In this document: one piece after another, positions 38,916 to 47,708 of the stretch | How the letters are laid out: every line of letters begins with the position of its first letter | Position numbering within the stretch: position 1 is the stretch's first letter | Source of the DNA: Pseudomonadales bacterium | GTDB taxonomy: Bacteria; Pseudomonadota; Gammaproteobacteria; Pseudomonadales; UBA7239 | NCBI GenBank assembly: GCA_028280345.1 | Contig: JANQLY010000009.1 | Location: forward strand, 43,402-107,401 | Direction: 5' to 3' | Length of the DNA: 64,000 nucleotides | Notes under the pieces: generated by a model | The model's database searches: none | Told to the model about the DNA's origin: nothing | Seen by the model: the letters and a program-made list of their open reading frames with translations, nothing else | Made by a program: the position numbers and the translations under genes

Positions 38916-39389
38916 TTGCCGAACATGAACAAGGTTTCTGACTTTTTTATCAAAATGAATCCGGTGATTCACCCGATTCTTGATTCCTGTTTTCATCGCC
39001 TGTTCAGCTCTCGTCTTGTATTGCTGAAATTTACTGGCCGTAAGTCAGGAAAGGAATTTGTCACCCCGGTGGGCTATAGCAAGTTCGGCGATACCATTCT
39101 CATTGGACTCACCGAGACCCATAATCGCAATTGGTGGCGTAACTATCGCGAACCCTGGCCGATGATGCTCAAGCACAAAGGGCGCTGGCTTGAAGGGGAG
39201 GGCCTGGTGGTAGTTCCCGGCAGTGAGGAATACGTGGCCTGGTGCGATAAAATTTTCACGCGTGATGCGTTTATGCCGAAAATATTCAAAATCCATGACT
39301 ATAACCCGGACGAAGGCCTACAGGACGGTCAGCTACAGATTCTCCTTGAAAATGGTTCAGGGCTCGTAAAATTTACCCGTCAGGCCTGA
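38916..39389 (+). CDS. deazaflavin-dependent oxidoreductase-like protein (DUF385/FDOR-A-like)
   Basis: NP....IL.S..H.L.S..L.LL.FTGRKSGKEF.TPV.Y, WWRN; start may be ATG 38925. Confidence 0.7.
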   Translation: MPNMNKVSDFFIKMNPVIHPILDSCFHRLFSSRLVLLKFTGRKSGKEFVTPVGYSKFGDTILIGLTETHNRNWWRNYREPWPMMLKHKGRWLEGEGLVVVPGSEEYVAWCDKIFTRDAFMPKIFKIHDYNPDEGLQDGQLQILLENGSGLVKFTRQA

Positions 39390-39501
39390 TGCCGCTTGTC
39401 CGCCCGGGTGTGGGTGTTCGACTGCGGCTTTTTCCAGTAACATATCCCTTCTTTACAGCCGGACTTTAATATCTATACAGGCACCACAGGAGAAGTCCAC
39501 G

Positions 39502-40005
39502 ATGAGCGAATTAATTACAAAATGCCCGAAATGTGAGACAACCTTTAATGTCCCGCACGAATTATTGACAGTGGCCAAAGGCAAGGTGCGCTGTGGTCAC
39601 TGTCGCCATGTATTTAATGCGTCGATGTATCAGGTTGGAGGTACAGTGCCTACGGTGGCTAAACCGGCGGAGCCCGAACCGGTCGAGCAGGGAGGTAAGT
39701 TCCAGTTCGATCAGAACGAAATTGATGGCTCCACCGCCGAGGGTTTTATTACCAAACTGGAAATGCCTGCAATCAATACCTTTGGTGAAATGCGAGCTGT
39801 GAAAGACGATGATGTACAGCATACAGTAAACGAAGATGCAATTGCGGATACGCAATCTGTTCAGCTCATTGACATTCCTGATGACGGAAGTAGTGCGGAT
39901 CGCTTTAATACGACGTATGTTGATGAAGTTACCGGCGAATTGTTGTCTAAAAAGGATGAAGCCGATGAAGATTGGATTCAGGATCTTTTAAAAGACGACG
40001 ACTAA
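39502..40005 (+). CDS. MJ0042-type zinc-ribbon protein with acidic tail
   Basis: TKCPKCETTF.V.......GKVRCGHC..VFNA; AGGAG RBS. Confidence 0.8.
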   Translation: MSELITKCPKCETTFNVPHELLTVAKGKVRCGHCRHVFNASMYQVGGTVPTVAKPAEPEPVEQGGKFQFDQNEIDGSTAEGFITKLEMPAINTFGEMRAVKDDDVQHTVNEDAIADTQSVQLIDIPDDGSSADRFNTTYVDEVTGELLSKKDEADEDWIQDLLKDDD

Positions 40006-40022
40006 CTAATCCGCTATTTATC

Positions 40023-40511
40023 TTGAAGAGAATTGCTATTTTTGTAGATGTGCAAAACATCTATTACACCACCCGGGATGTGTACGGGCGGCAGTTTGAT
40101 TATCGTAAATTCTGGCAAAAAATCAGCGAGCAAGGTGAAGTAGTTTGCGCGAACGCCTATGCGATCCAGCGTAACGATGATGGGCAGATAAAATTTCAGG
40201 ATGCCCTTAGACATATTGGCTTTGATGTCAAGCTCAAACCTTTTACACAACGCAGTGATGGTTCCGCAAAAGGCGATTGGGATGTGGGGATTACGATTGA
40301 CGTAATGGAAAGTGCTCCACAAGTAGATGTAGTGGTGCTGTTATCCGGTGATGGGGATTTTGAAATCCTTATGCATAAAATTAAAATGGACTATGGTGTT
40401 ACAACCTGTGTCTACGGCGTACCTGAGTTGACAGCGAGGGCTTTAGTTGAAGTGGTTGATCAATTTTGCCCGATTGAGGCAGACAGTTTATTGAATTACT
40501 CACGCGAATAA
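40023..40511 (+). CDS. NYN/LabA-DUF88 (PIN-like) domain protein
   Basis: IAIFVDVQN, KGDWDVGITID, LLSGDGDF; likely TTG start at 40023. Confidence 0.88.
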   Translation: MKRIAIFVDVQNIYYTTRDVYGRQFDYRKFWQKISEQGEVVCANAYAIQRNDDGQIKFQDALRHIGFDVKLKPFTQRSDGSAKGDWDVGITIDVMESAPQVDVVVLLSGDGDFEILMHKIKMDYGVTTCVYGVPELTARALVEVVDQFCPIEADSLLNYSRE

Positions 40512-40533
40512 CTTATGAACAAGAAAATTCGTT

Positions 40534-40764
40534 ATGACAGAAGAAGATTTACGTGAAGCATTATTTCAGATAATGCCCTTTGGTAAATACAAGGGGCGAA
40601 AATTGATAGATTTGCCAGAGCCTTACCTGGTCTGGTTTTATAGCAAGGGGTTTCCGCAGGGAAAACTTGGTCAGCAGTTGGCATTGATATATGAAATCAA
40701 GCTCAATGGATTGGAAACCATGTTTAAAGATATTGATCATCAGACAGCTGGCAAGGAGAAGTAA
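40534..40764 (+). CDS. DUF3820 family protein
   Basis: MPFGKYKGR.LIDLPEPYL.WF...GFP.GKLG...YEIKLNGLE. Confidence 0.88.
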   Translation: MTEEDLREALFQIMPFGKYKGRKLIDLPEPYLVWFYSKGFPQGKLGQQLALIYEIKLNGLETMFKDIDHQTAGKEK

Positions 40765-42410
40765 TGGTTACAGGTTTGAAAGTGCTACTGATAACATTGC
40801 TTACGCTAGCTATTCTCGCAGTTGGTTTTCGTGCAGGTATGCTCTATCAGAAAAGTGATCATTCAGATTATGGATATGATTACGATAATTATGAGGAAGA
40901 CGAGTTGCCGGAATTGCCCCGTACTTTGAGTCACTCAGAAACAGGTTGTTACATTGATGGCAAACGGGTACTCAATCAACAATTATGTGATGATGCTCCA
41001 ATTCGTTTGCAGAGAAAATCATGCTGGTTCGAAACAGAAGAAGACTGGCCAGTTACCGAATGCTACGACATGTATGTGCCGGAAAACCATTTGCAGCCAC
41101 AGGGTCGAAGTATTAGTTTCCCGGTTCTGGTTTTTCGGGCGGAGTACTATACACAGCAGGCACCGGTGTTACACCTTGGTGGCGGTGGGCCGGGTAGTCC
41201 GGTATACATGTCCGCCAATGATATCAATCAAAATATTTGGCTGTATTATTGGGATATGTCGTTGGGGTGGGGTGCTGATTTATACATTATTGATCCACGT
41301 GGATTGGGTAAGCCATTGTTGAATTGCCCCGATTATTATGAAACTTTTCTTGATGTTGCTGCAGAAATTCGCACTCCGCAGGAGGATTATGAGAGAACCT
41401 ATAAAATTTATAGCGAATGTTATTCGCAGCTATTAGCTGAAGGTGTCGATTTTTCTCAATACAACAGTACAGCTGTTGCTAAAGATGTTGATTTGCTGCG
41501 ATATACACTGGGGCTTGAGCAATGGAATCTGTTTGGTATTTCCTATGCATCACGTTATGCACAAACTGTAGCGCGCGATTTTCCTGAGCGTGTCAATGCT
41601 ATGGTGCTTGATAGTGTGGTCTTTCCGGATATTCGCTATACAGAAACCGGTATGTCGGATGCAAGAGATGCATTTAATCATGCGTTTGAGTTTTGCGAAA
41701 ATGAAAGCTGGTGCCGGCGTGATTTCCCCGATCTTGAAAAGCGTTTTTGGCAAGTAGTCGAGGATCTTGAAGCGAATCCGCTGTCTCTGGCTGTTACGCA
41801 CCCGGACAATTATACCCGAACAAATGTGATGCTTAATGGTCAGCGCTTTCTATCCAGTGTATTCAGTGATTTGTATGACAGCAATTTTCTTTACGACCTG
41901 CCCGGGATGATAGCGAGTCTGGAACACAGAAATGCGGACATGGTTGCGCCGACAGTGCGAAACTGGCTGTTATTTCAACTGGATGAGGAGTATGCCGATT
42001 TATCTGCTTCAGCTCACTATTGTTTTGAAGAGTATCCGTTTGTAAACCATGAGCATGTTTTCAAAGATCAGGAAGAACATGCGCCTAATGACTGGTACAA
42101 AGATATGGCCAGACTGGGTAGTGAGTACGAAAAGAAATATTGTGATCTATTCAATTTTCCAACTCCTCCACAGCAGGAGGGGAAAATGCAGAAAACTGAT
42201 GTGCCTGCATTGCTATTACATGGTGAGCTGGATCCGGTGTTGCCGGTTAAGGATGTTAGGAAACGCATCAAATATTTTCCCAATGGTGAATACCTGATTT
42301 TTTCTTCACTTGCCCATGGGGTCGTTGACATGGATGCCTGTGCTGAAGAGGCAGCAGGGGATTTCTTTTACGGCAATTTTAATAGAAGCTATTACGAAAG
42401 TTGCCTGTAG
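40764..42410 (+). CDS. membrane-anchored alpha/beta hydrolase (TAP-like peptidase family)
   Basis: GGGPGS, DPRG, GISYA, LDS, GELDP, HG. Confidence 0.82.
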   Translation: MVTGLKVLLITLLTLAILAVGFRAGMLYQKSDHSDYGYDYDNYEEDELPELPRTLSHSETGCYIDGKRVLNQQLCDDAPIRLQRKSCWFETEEDWPVTECYDMYVPENHLQPQGRSISFPVLVFRAEYYTQQAPVLHLGGGGPGSPVYMSANDINQNIWLYYWDMSLGWGADLYIIDPRGLGKPLLNCPDYYETFLDVAAEIRTPQEDYERTYKIYSECYSQLLAEGVDFSQYNSTAVAKDVDLLRYTLGLEQWNLFGISYASRYAQTVARDFPERVNAMVLDSVVFPDIRYTETGMSDARDAFNHAFEFCENESWCRRDFPDLEKRFWQVVEDLEANPLSLAVTHPDNYTRTNVMLNGQRFLSSVFSDLYDSNFLYDLPGMIASLEHRNADMVAPTVRNWLLFQLDEEYADLSASAHYCFEEYPFVNHEHVFKDQEEHAPNDWYKDMARLGSEYEKKYCDLFNFPTPPQQEGKMQKTDVPALLLHGELDPVLPVKDVRKRIKYFPNGEYLIFSSLAHGVVDMDACAEEAAGDFFYGNFNRSYYESCL

Positions 42411-42491
42411 ACTGATATATAGTCTTTTTATTTGTAGGGCTAAAAAATAAAAAGAGGGGATTAATGTCCTGCCCCGGTAAACCGCAGTGCC

Positions 42492-43466
42492 ATGCAATCA
42501 GTGATTGATGGTAACCTTTCTGCAAAATATCAGGTTGTTATTATGAATATTATCGCTACAGCAGTTGTTTTGCTGACAACACTATTGGCAGTTCCTCTAT
42601 TCTCATGGTTTTTTGGTACGCCGCTTGGCACCACAGAAATGGCGGCACTTGAGACGGTTGTTTATATGATGCTGGGGGTGGCCTTGCTGTGTTTTGTTGT
42701 AGGTGAGTTAACCAACAATGTCAGTCAGGTCGATAAAGTCTGGAGTCTTGTGCCGATTGCCTATGTCTGGACTGTAACTGATTATGGCGACTATGCGCCG
42801 CGCCTTGTGATTATGGCGGTACTGGTGACGCTGTGGGGAGCGCGTCTGACTTACAACTTCTCTCGCCATGGTGCTTATCAACTGAAATTCTGGGGAGGTC
42901 ATGAAGACTATCGGTGGGAAATTTTGCGTCAACGCCCGGAATTTCAAAAGCGTTGGGTCTGGAGCCTGTTCAATTTTGGTTTTATATGTACCTATCAAAA
43001 TACCGTTATTTTGTTATTTACCTTGCCGACTATTGTTGTGTTGCAAAATCCTGATACCCCCCTGGGTCTATGGGATTATGTGTTGGCGGGGCTGCTGTTT
43101 GGTTTGATTGTATTTGAAACGATTGCTGATAATCAGCAATGGAGCTATCAGACTGCAAAATATGCAAAAATCAATGCGGGTGAAGCGCTGGAAGGCGATT
43201 ATAAGAAAGGTTTTCTTGATAAAGGTTTGTGGGCCCTGTGCCGCCACCCAAATTACTTTGCTGAGCAAAGTATCTGGGTATGTTTTTACTTTTTCAGTGT
43301 TATTGCCTCTGGTGAGTGGTTTAACTGGAGTATTGCCGGCTGCTTGCTGCTTGTTGTGTTGTTTCGCAGTAGTTCAAGCTTCAGCGAAGAGGTTAGCGCA
43401 GAAAAATATTCACTTTATACAAACTATCAAAAAACGGTGCCGCGCTTTTTTCCAAAATTTTGGTAG
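42492..43466 (+). CDS. DUF1295 / steroid 5-alpha-reductase-like membrane protein
   Basis: SQVDKVWS, WGARLTYN, EDYRW, ETIADNQ, GLW..CRHPNYFAE; start may be 42543. Confidence 0.85.
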   Translation: MQSVIDGNLSAKYQVVIMNIIATAVVLLTTLLAVPLFSWFFGTPLGTTEMAALETVVYMMLGVALLCFVVGELTNNVSQVDKVWSLVPIAYVWTVTDYGDYAPRLVIMAVLVTLWGARLTYNFSRHGAYQLKFWGGHEDYRWEILRQRPEFQKRWVWSLFNFGFICTYQNTVILLFTLPTIVVLQNPDTPLGLWDYVLAGLLFGLIVFETIADNQQWSYQTAKYAKINAGEALEGDYKKGFLDKGLWALCRHPNYFAEQSIWVCFYFFSVIASGEWFNWSIAGCLLLVVLFRSSSSFSEEVSAEKYSLYTNYQKTVPRFFPKFW

Positions 43467-43468
43467 TG

Positions 43469-44083
43469 CTACTCAGCTTTCGCTTTGGCCATGGACTCAG
43501 CAGTGATGAGCATAATGGTCATAAGCAAAAAAGCCATTAGCCAACAAATGATGGAAATATAGATTTCTCCCTGTGGTGGTGCAATGGAAGGCATCACAAA
43601 ACCCTGTTGCGGGAGCAGTATAAAAGTAAGGCCTGTTGAAATTGTAATGATGGCCATAATCAGGCTGGCTCGAAGACTGATTGTCATATAGGCGATTAGT
43701 GGAGAGCAAAACAACAATACCATAACCGGTGATGACGCGCCGCCAGTATAGAAAGCACCGATAGCAACGGAGAGATAATATTGCACAGAATAGGCTGCTG
43801 CGGTGACTCTTAGATTACCGAAGGACTGAAAGTAAAGGTGTTGGCTGACTAGCCATGTAAACACAACGAGATAACTGATCAGAGCGGTTGAAAAATCAAT
43901 ACCGGTGATTAACTGGACACATAGAAAAAACAGCAGGGCGGCCAGCGGAGTGAGAATAGAGCATATTAACATGGCAACCATAGCCCTTGTCCGTACTATG
44001 TCCGAGGGGTGGATGTCAGGTTTTTCCGCTAACTTTCTTGGTACAAAGCGATCCAGAAAGGTGTTAACCGCAAGTGTATTCAT
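43469..44083 (-). CDS. multi-pass membrane protein (stand-alone sensor-like domain)
   Basis: About six hydrophobic helices, TGG..SP motif, no cytoplasmic output domain. Confidence 0.7.
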   Translation of the reverse strand: MNTLAVNTFLDRFVPRKLAEKPDIHPSDIVRTRAMVAMLICSILTPLAALLFFLCVQLITGIDFSTALISYLVVFTWLVSQHLYFQSFGNLRVTAAAYSVQYYLSVAIGAFYTGGASSPVMVLLFCSPLIAYMTISLRASLIMAIITISTGLTFILLPQQGFVMPSIAPPQGEIYISIICWLMAFLLMTIMLITAESMAKAKAE

Positions 44084-44330
44084 GATTTTTCAGAGAAATC
44101 CTTTGCTGTGTATTGTGCAAAAGCCTAATGATGAACGCAAGTCCGGATGCTGAATTCCTGATGATTCGGGGTAAAAACTGTTATTTCTTAAAGACTATAT
44201 GGGTAATCTGATTGACCCCTGCCAATACACCAGCCAGTATGGTCTGAAAAGAACTGACTGCCAGGTAGTTTCCAGGCTGTAAATTCTAAATTGACAGCAT
44301 AGACTGGCCCATTTTTGTTATCTTCTGTTT

Positions 44331-45500
44331 ATGTCTTTCTCATCAATGGATTATTTATTTAAAGACTCTCGCGTACTGGTTGTCGGAGGCAGTGGTTTTA
44401 TCGGTGCCTGGATTGTCAGGCAGTGTCTGTTGCAGGGCTTGCGGCCGGCAGTATTGAGCCGGCAACAGCTGGAAGAGCACCCGTTGTTTGGTGATCAGGT
44501 TGAGGTGATACAGGGAGATCTTGAAAGTCTGACAGAGACAGAGTACGTCGAGCTGCTGGAACCGTTTGACAAACTGGTTTTTGCGGCTGGCGTAGATGAA
44601 CGGGTTGCACCTGTTGGTGATGCCTACACCTTCTATGCTCATGCCAATATTGAACCTTGCAGAAAGCTGTTTGCCGCGGCACAGCGCAGTGGTATTACTC
44701 ATGCAGTCTTGTTGAATTCCATTTTTGCCATGTTGCACCACCAGCACCCTGAGCTGGCGTTAGCTGACAGACATCCCTATATTCGTAGTCGTGTTGAACA
44801 GAACGAATGCTGTCAGTCATTGGCCCGTGATCATTTTGTACTGACGACCCTTGAAGTGCCCTGGGTTTTTGGTGTGCCGCTGGAGTCTTTTGAAAAGAGC
44901 ATTATTGCCTCGGAAGACTGCTTGCACAGCATTGAAAATATTCCACAGATCAAACAACATTGCCCATCCCAATGGGATGCGCTAATTGACTATGTACGTG
45001 CTGCTGCACCACTACTGGCCTGTCGGGGAGGGACCAGTGTGATATCCGTTGAGTCGCTTGCAGAAGCTTGTGTGGCGGCTTTGCATAAACCAGAGTCTTC
45101 GTCGGTGCTGGCAGTGGGAGATATTAACCTCAGCTACAGAGATCTGCTAAAACAGCTGTGTGTATTTGCCGGGCGCCGTGATGCGCACGTGACCAATATT
45201 AATGATCAGTTATTTCTGGAATTAATGAAAACCGGTGGCGCTTTCAAACGATTGTTGAATATTCAGTCAGGTCTCAATACGGGGTACATCGGTGATCTAT
45301 TGTTAAGCAATCTTTATGTGGATGTCGAAAAAGCGCACGCCTTGCTGGGTTACCGCACCGGTGTGGCATTGCAGGCAATGGAAGTGTTGGTGAAAACGCG
45401 TCCGGAAAACCGTCTGCTTAAAAACTGGCGGCAGATGCTTAATATGTCACAGGCGATGATGCTGAATAGCGGCAAAACAAAAAAAACGGAGAAAGAGTAA
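44331..45500 (+). CDS. NAD-dependent epimerase/dehydratase (extended SDR)
   Basis: GGSGFIG, FAAGVDER, HPYIRSR. Confidence 0.8.
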   Translation: MSFSSMDYLFKDSRVLVVGGSGFIGAWIVRQCLLQGLRPAVLSRQQLEEHPLFGDQVEVIQGDLESLTETEYVELLEPFDKLVFAAGVDERVAPVGDAYTFYAHANIEPCRKLFAAAQRSGITHAVLLNSIFAMLHHQHPELALADRHPYIRSRVEQNECCQSLARDHFVLTTLEVPWVFGVPLESFEKSIIASEDCLHSIENIPQIKQHCPSQWDALIDYVRAAAPLLACRGGTSVISVESLAEACVAALHKPESSSVLAVGDINLSYRDLLKQLCVFAGRRDAHVTNINDQLFLELMKTGGAFKRLLNIQSGLNTGYIGDLLLSNLYVDVEKAHALLGYRTGVALQAMEVLVKTRPENRLLKNWRQMLNMSQAMMLNSGKTKKTEKE

Positions 45501-45508
45501 AAAGCGGG

Positions 45509-46426
45509 TTACGCGCCTTCACGGAAGATAGTGGAAATGTACTCATCCTCGTCGACGGAGAATTCTTCGTCAAGAACGGGAATATCGTCGAAGATAGAAC
45601 GGGGTTTCATTGGTGAAACCTTGAGAATATGATTAATATAATCAATACATTCCTGCATTGAAGCAAAACGTTCATCGGGATTTTTCGCAAGCATTTTGTC
45701 AACCAGCGGTTGAAATTGTTCAAAATGGCTATTGAGCTTGGGGACATCCATTTTAATCTGGTTAATCAGAGTGTCCTGCATGTTTTCACCGCGAAACGGA
45801 TTTTTTCCGGTGAGCATTTTTATAAATACGAGACCGGCACTGTATATATCTGTGCGCTCATCCATTGGCCAACCCTGTGCCTGCTCAGGGCTACAGTAAT
45901 CCGGACTGCCGGCAATCGTTGCAGAAATCTTCGGTTTGACACTGGCGGGCCCCTGACAGCGTTTGGCAATGCCAAAATCCGTGAGCACCAGTGAGCCATC
46001 ACGGCGGAACAGGATATTGGCCGGTTTGATATCACAGTGAATCAGACCGTGGTTGTGGACGTATTGCAACACATAGGCCAGTTCAATCAGCATGCCGAGT
46101 GCCTGAATTTCACCAATATCCCGCTTTATGCGCTGCTGCAAATCGCCACCTTCAAGGTACTCCATCGCCATGTAGAGACAACCATTATCAAGGCTGCCCC
46201 ATTCGTAGATGCGCACGACATTGATGTGATGTAATTCCGAGAGCATTTTGGCTTCATGGAGAAAGGATTCAGCGACTCGCGGATCGGGATTTTCAGGTTC
46301 GTAAACCTTGAGAGCGAGCTTGCGACCACCATCATCCGGCTGCGCGAGATAGACCTTGGCCATACCGCCTTTGGCAATCAGGCTTTCGATCGTATAGCCG
46401 GGTATCTGTGGAAAAGTCATCGCCAT
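45509..46426 (-). CDS. Hanks-type Ser/Thr protein kinase (stand-alone)
   Basis: AKGGMAKVY, ALK, HCDIKPAN, DFG, SPE, DIYS. Confidence 0.92.
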   Translation of the reverse strand: MAMTFPQIPGYTIESLIAKGGMAKVYLAQPDDGGRKLALKVYEPENPDPRVAESFLHEAKMLSELHHINVVRIYEWGSLDNGCLYMAMEYLEGGDLQQRIKRDIGEIQALGMLIELAYVLQYVHNHGLIHCDIKPANILFRRDGSLVLTDFGIAKRCQGPASVKPKISATIAGSPDYCSPEQAQGWPMDERTDIYSAGLVFIKMLTGKNPFRGENMQDTLINQIKMDVPKLNSHFEQFQPLVDKMLAKNPDERFASMQECIDYINHILKVSPMKPRSIFDDIPVLDEEFSVDEDEYISTIFREGA

Positions 46427-46607
46427 TGAGTCTATAAAGTGCTGATTAATAGTACTGATTGTATGCTTTTTGGCGCAGCAAAAGCGTGCTAGCCAAGGCC
46501 CAAAATCAACCGCTGGTCAAGCATTGATCTTTAAGCAAAGATTTTGGCATTAGTGCGGCTTTATTTATGCATTATGCTTAATGGGTATGTATTAAGTTGG
46601 CTGATTT

Positions 46608-47447
46608 TCAAGCACTTTGTTCGCTCAGTGTGGGTACGTCACTATCGGCGATAAGCAGTTCATCGAGCATATCCAGGCACTCGCGCATGGATGAAAAACG
46701 TTCGTTTGTAGATTTTGCCAACATGTTATTGAGCAACGGTTGGTAGCGAGCTTGCTTTCCTGTGAGCACGGGGATATCCATTTGCAGATGATTCATCAGT
46801 GAATCACGGACAGTAGGGCCGCGATAAGGGTTTTTCCCCGTCAGCATCTTTAAGAAGACCACACCAAGACTGTAGATGTCAGTGCGTTGATCCAGCGGCA
46901 GGCCTTGTGCCTGCTCCGGGCTGCAATAGTCCGGGCTTCCCTCGGTAATCGGTGAACGTTCCTGGTCAGTGTGCTGAAAACGTTTGGCAATGCCAAAATC
47001 CGTTAAAATAAGAGTGCCATCGCGGCGAAACAGAATATTTGCAGGCTTGATGTCGCAGTGGATCATATTGTTGTTATGTAGAAATTGCAGCGCAAAGGCC
47101 ATTTCAATCAACACATTGAGTGCCTGATTTTCAGCGAGCCCCTCTTTTTGCAACTTTTCCAGGTCGCCGCCTTGTACATACTCCATAGTGATATATAGAC
47201 CGCCATTATCAAGCACGCCCATATCGTAGATAGAAATGATATTAATATGGTGCAGGCTGCCAAGCATACGTGCTTCGGCGAGGAAACGTTCGGTAAAGCG
47301 TGCATTGGCTGCATTGAGGTGAAAGGCTTTGATCGCAACTTCACGGTCCATATCTAGATGGTGGGCGAGGTAAACGTTGGCCATACCGCCTTTGGCAAGC
47401 AGGCGCTCGATACGATAACCGGGGATACTCAGGTCAAACTCTGTCAT
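46608..47447 (-). CDS. Hanks-type Ser/Thr protein kinase (stand-alone paralog)
   Basis: AKGGMANVY, AIK, HCDIKPAN, DFG, SPE, DIYS. Confidence 0.92.
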   Translation of the reverse strand: MTEFDLSIPGYRIERLLAKGGMANVYLAHHLDMDREVAIKAFHLNAANARFTERFLAEARMLGSLHHINIISIYDMGVLDNGGLYITMEYVQGGDLEKLQKEGLAENQALNVLIEMAFALQFLHNNNMIHCDIKPANILFRRDGTLILTDFGIAKRFQHTDQERSPITEGSPDYCSPEQAQGLPLDQRTDIYSLGVVFLKMLTGKNPYRGPTVRDSLMNHLQMDIPVLTGKQARYQPLLNNMLAKSTNERFSSMRECLDMLDELLIADSDVPTLSEQSA

Positions 47448-47708
47448 TGGCTTAATCCGGTGTTGGCCGGAAACATCTAGCTACGATCCGAATTCCATCA
47501 TAACCCCGAGGCTGCTATTAACCGTGTACTGGTTCGCGAAACCTGCCGTTTGTACCCGATAGTTTGTGAAAGTGTGGGCTGTTACCTGCGGAATTGTGAA
47601 CAGGGGCACAATTCGAAAAGGGTATGTTTCAGATTGTGAGACTTGTTAATTGACCTCAAGCAGGTATATTCACATTCACCATAAGAATATTCAGGATGAA
47701 AAGTCGCG

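Noticed and set aside
40023-40764. NYN + DUF3820 as a toxin-antitoxin or defence pair
   Set aside because: Both are common stand-alone genes in Gammaproteobacteria, and there is no supporting context.
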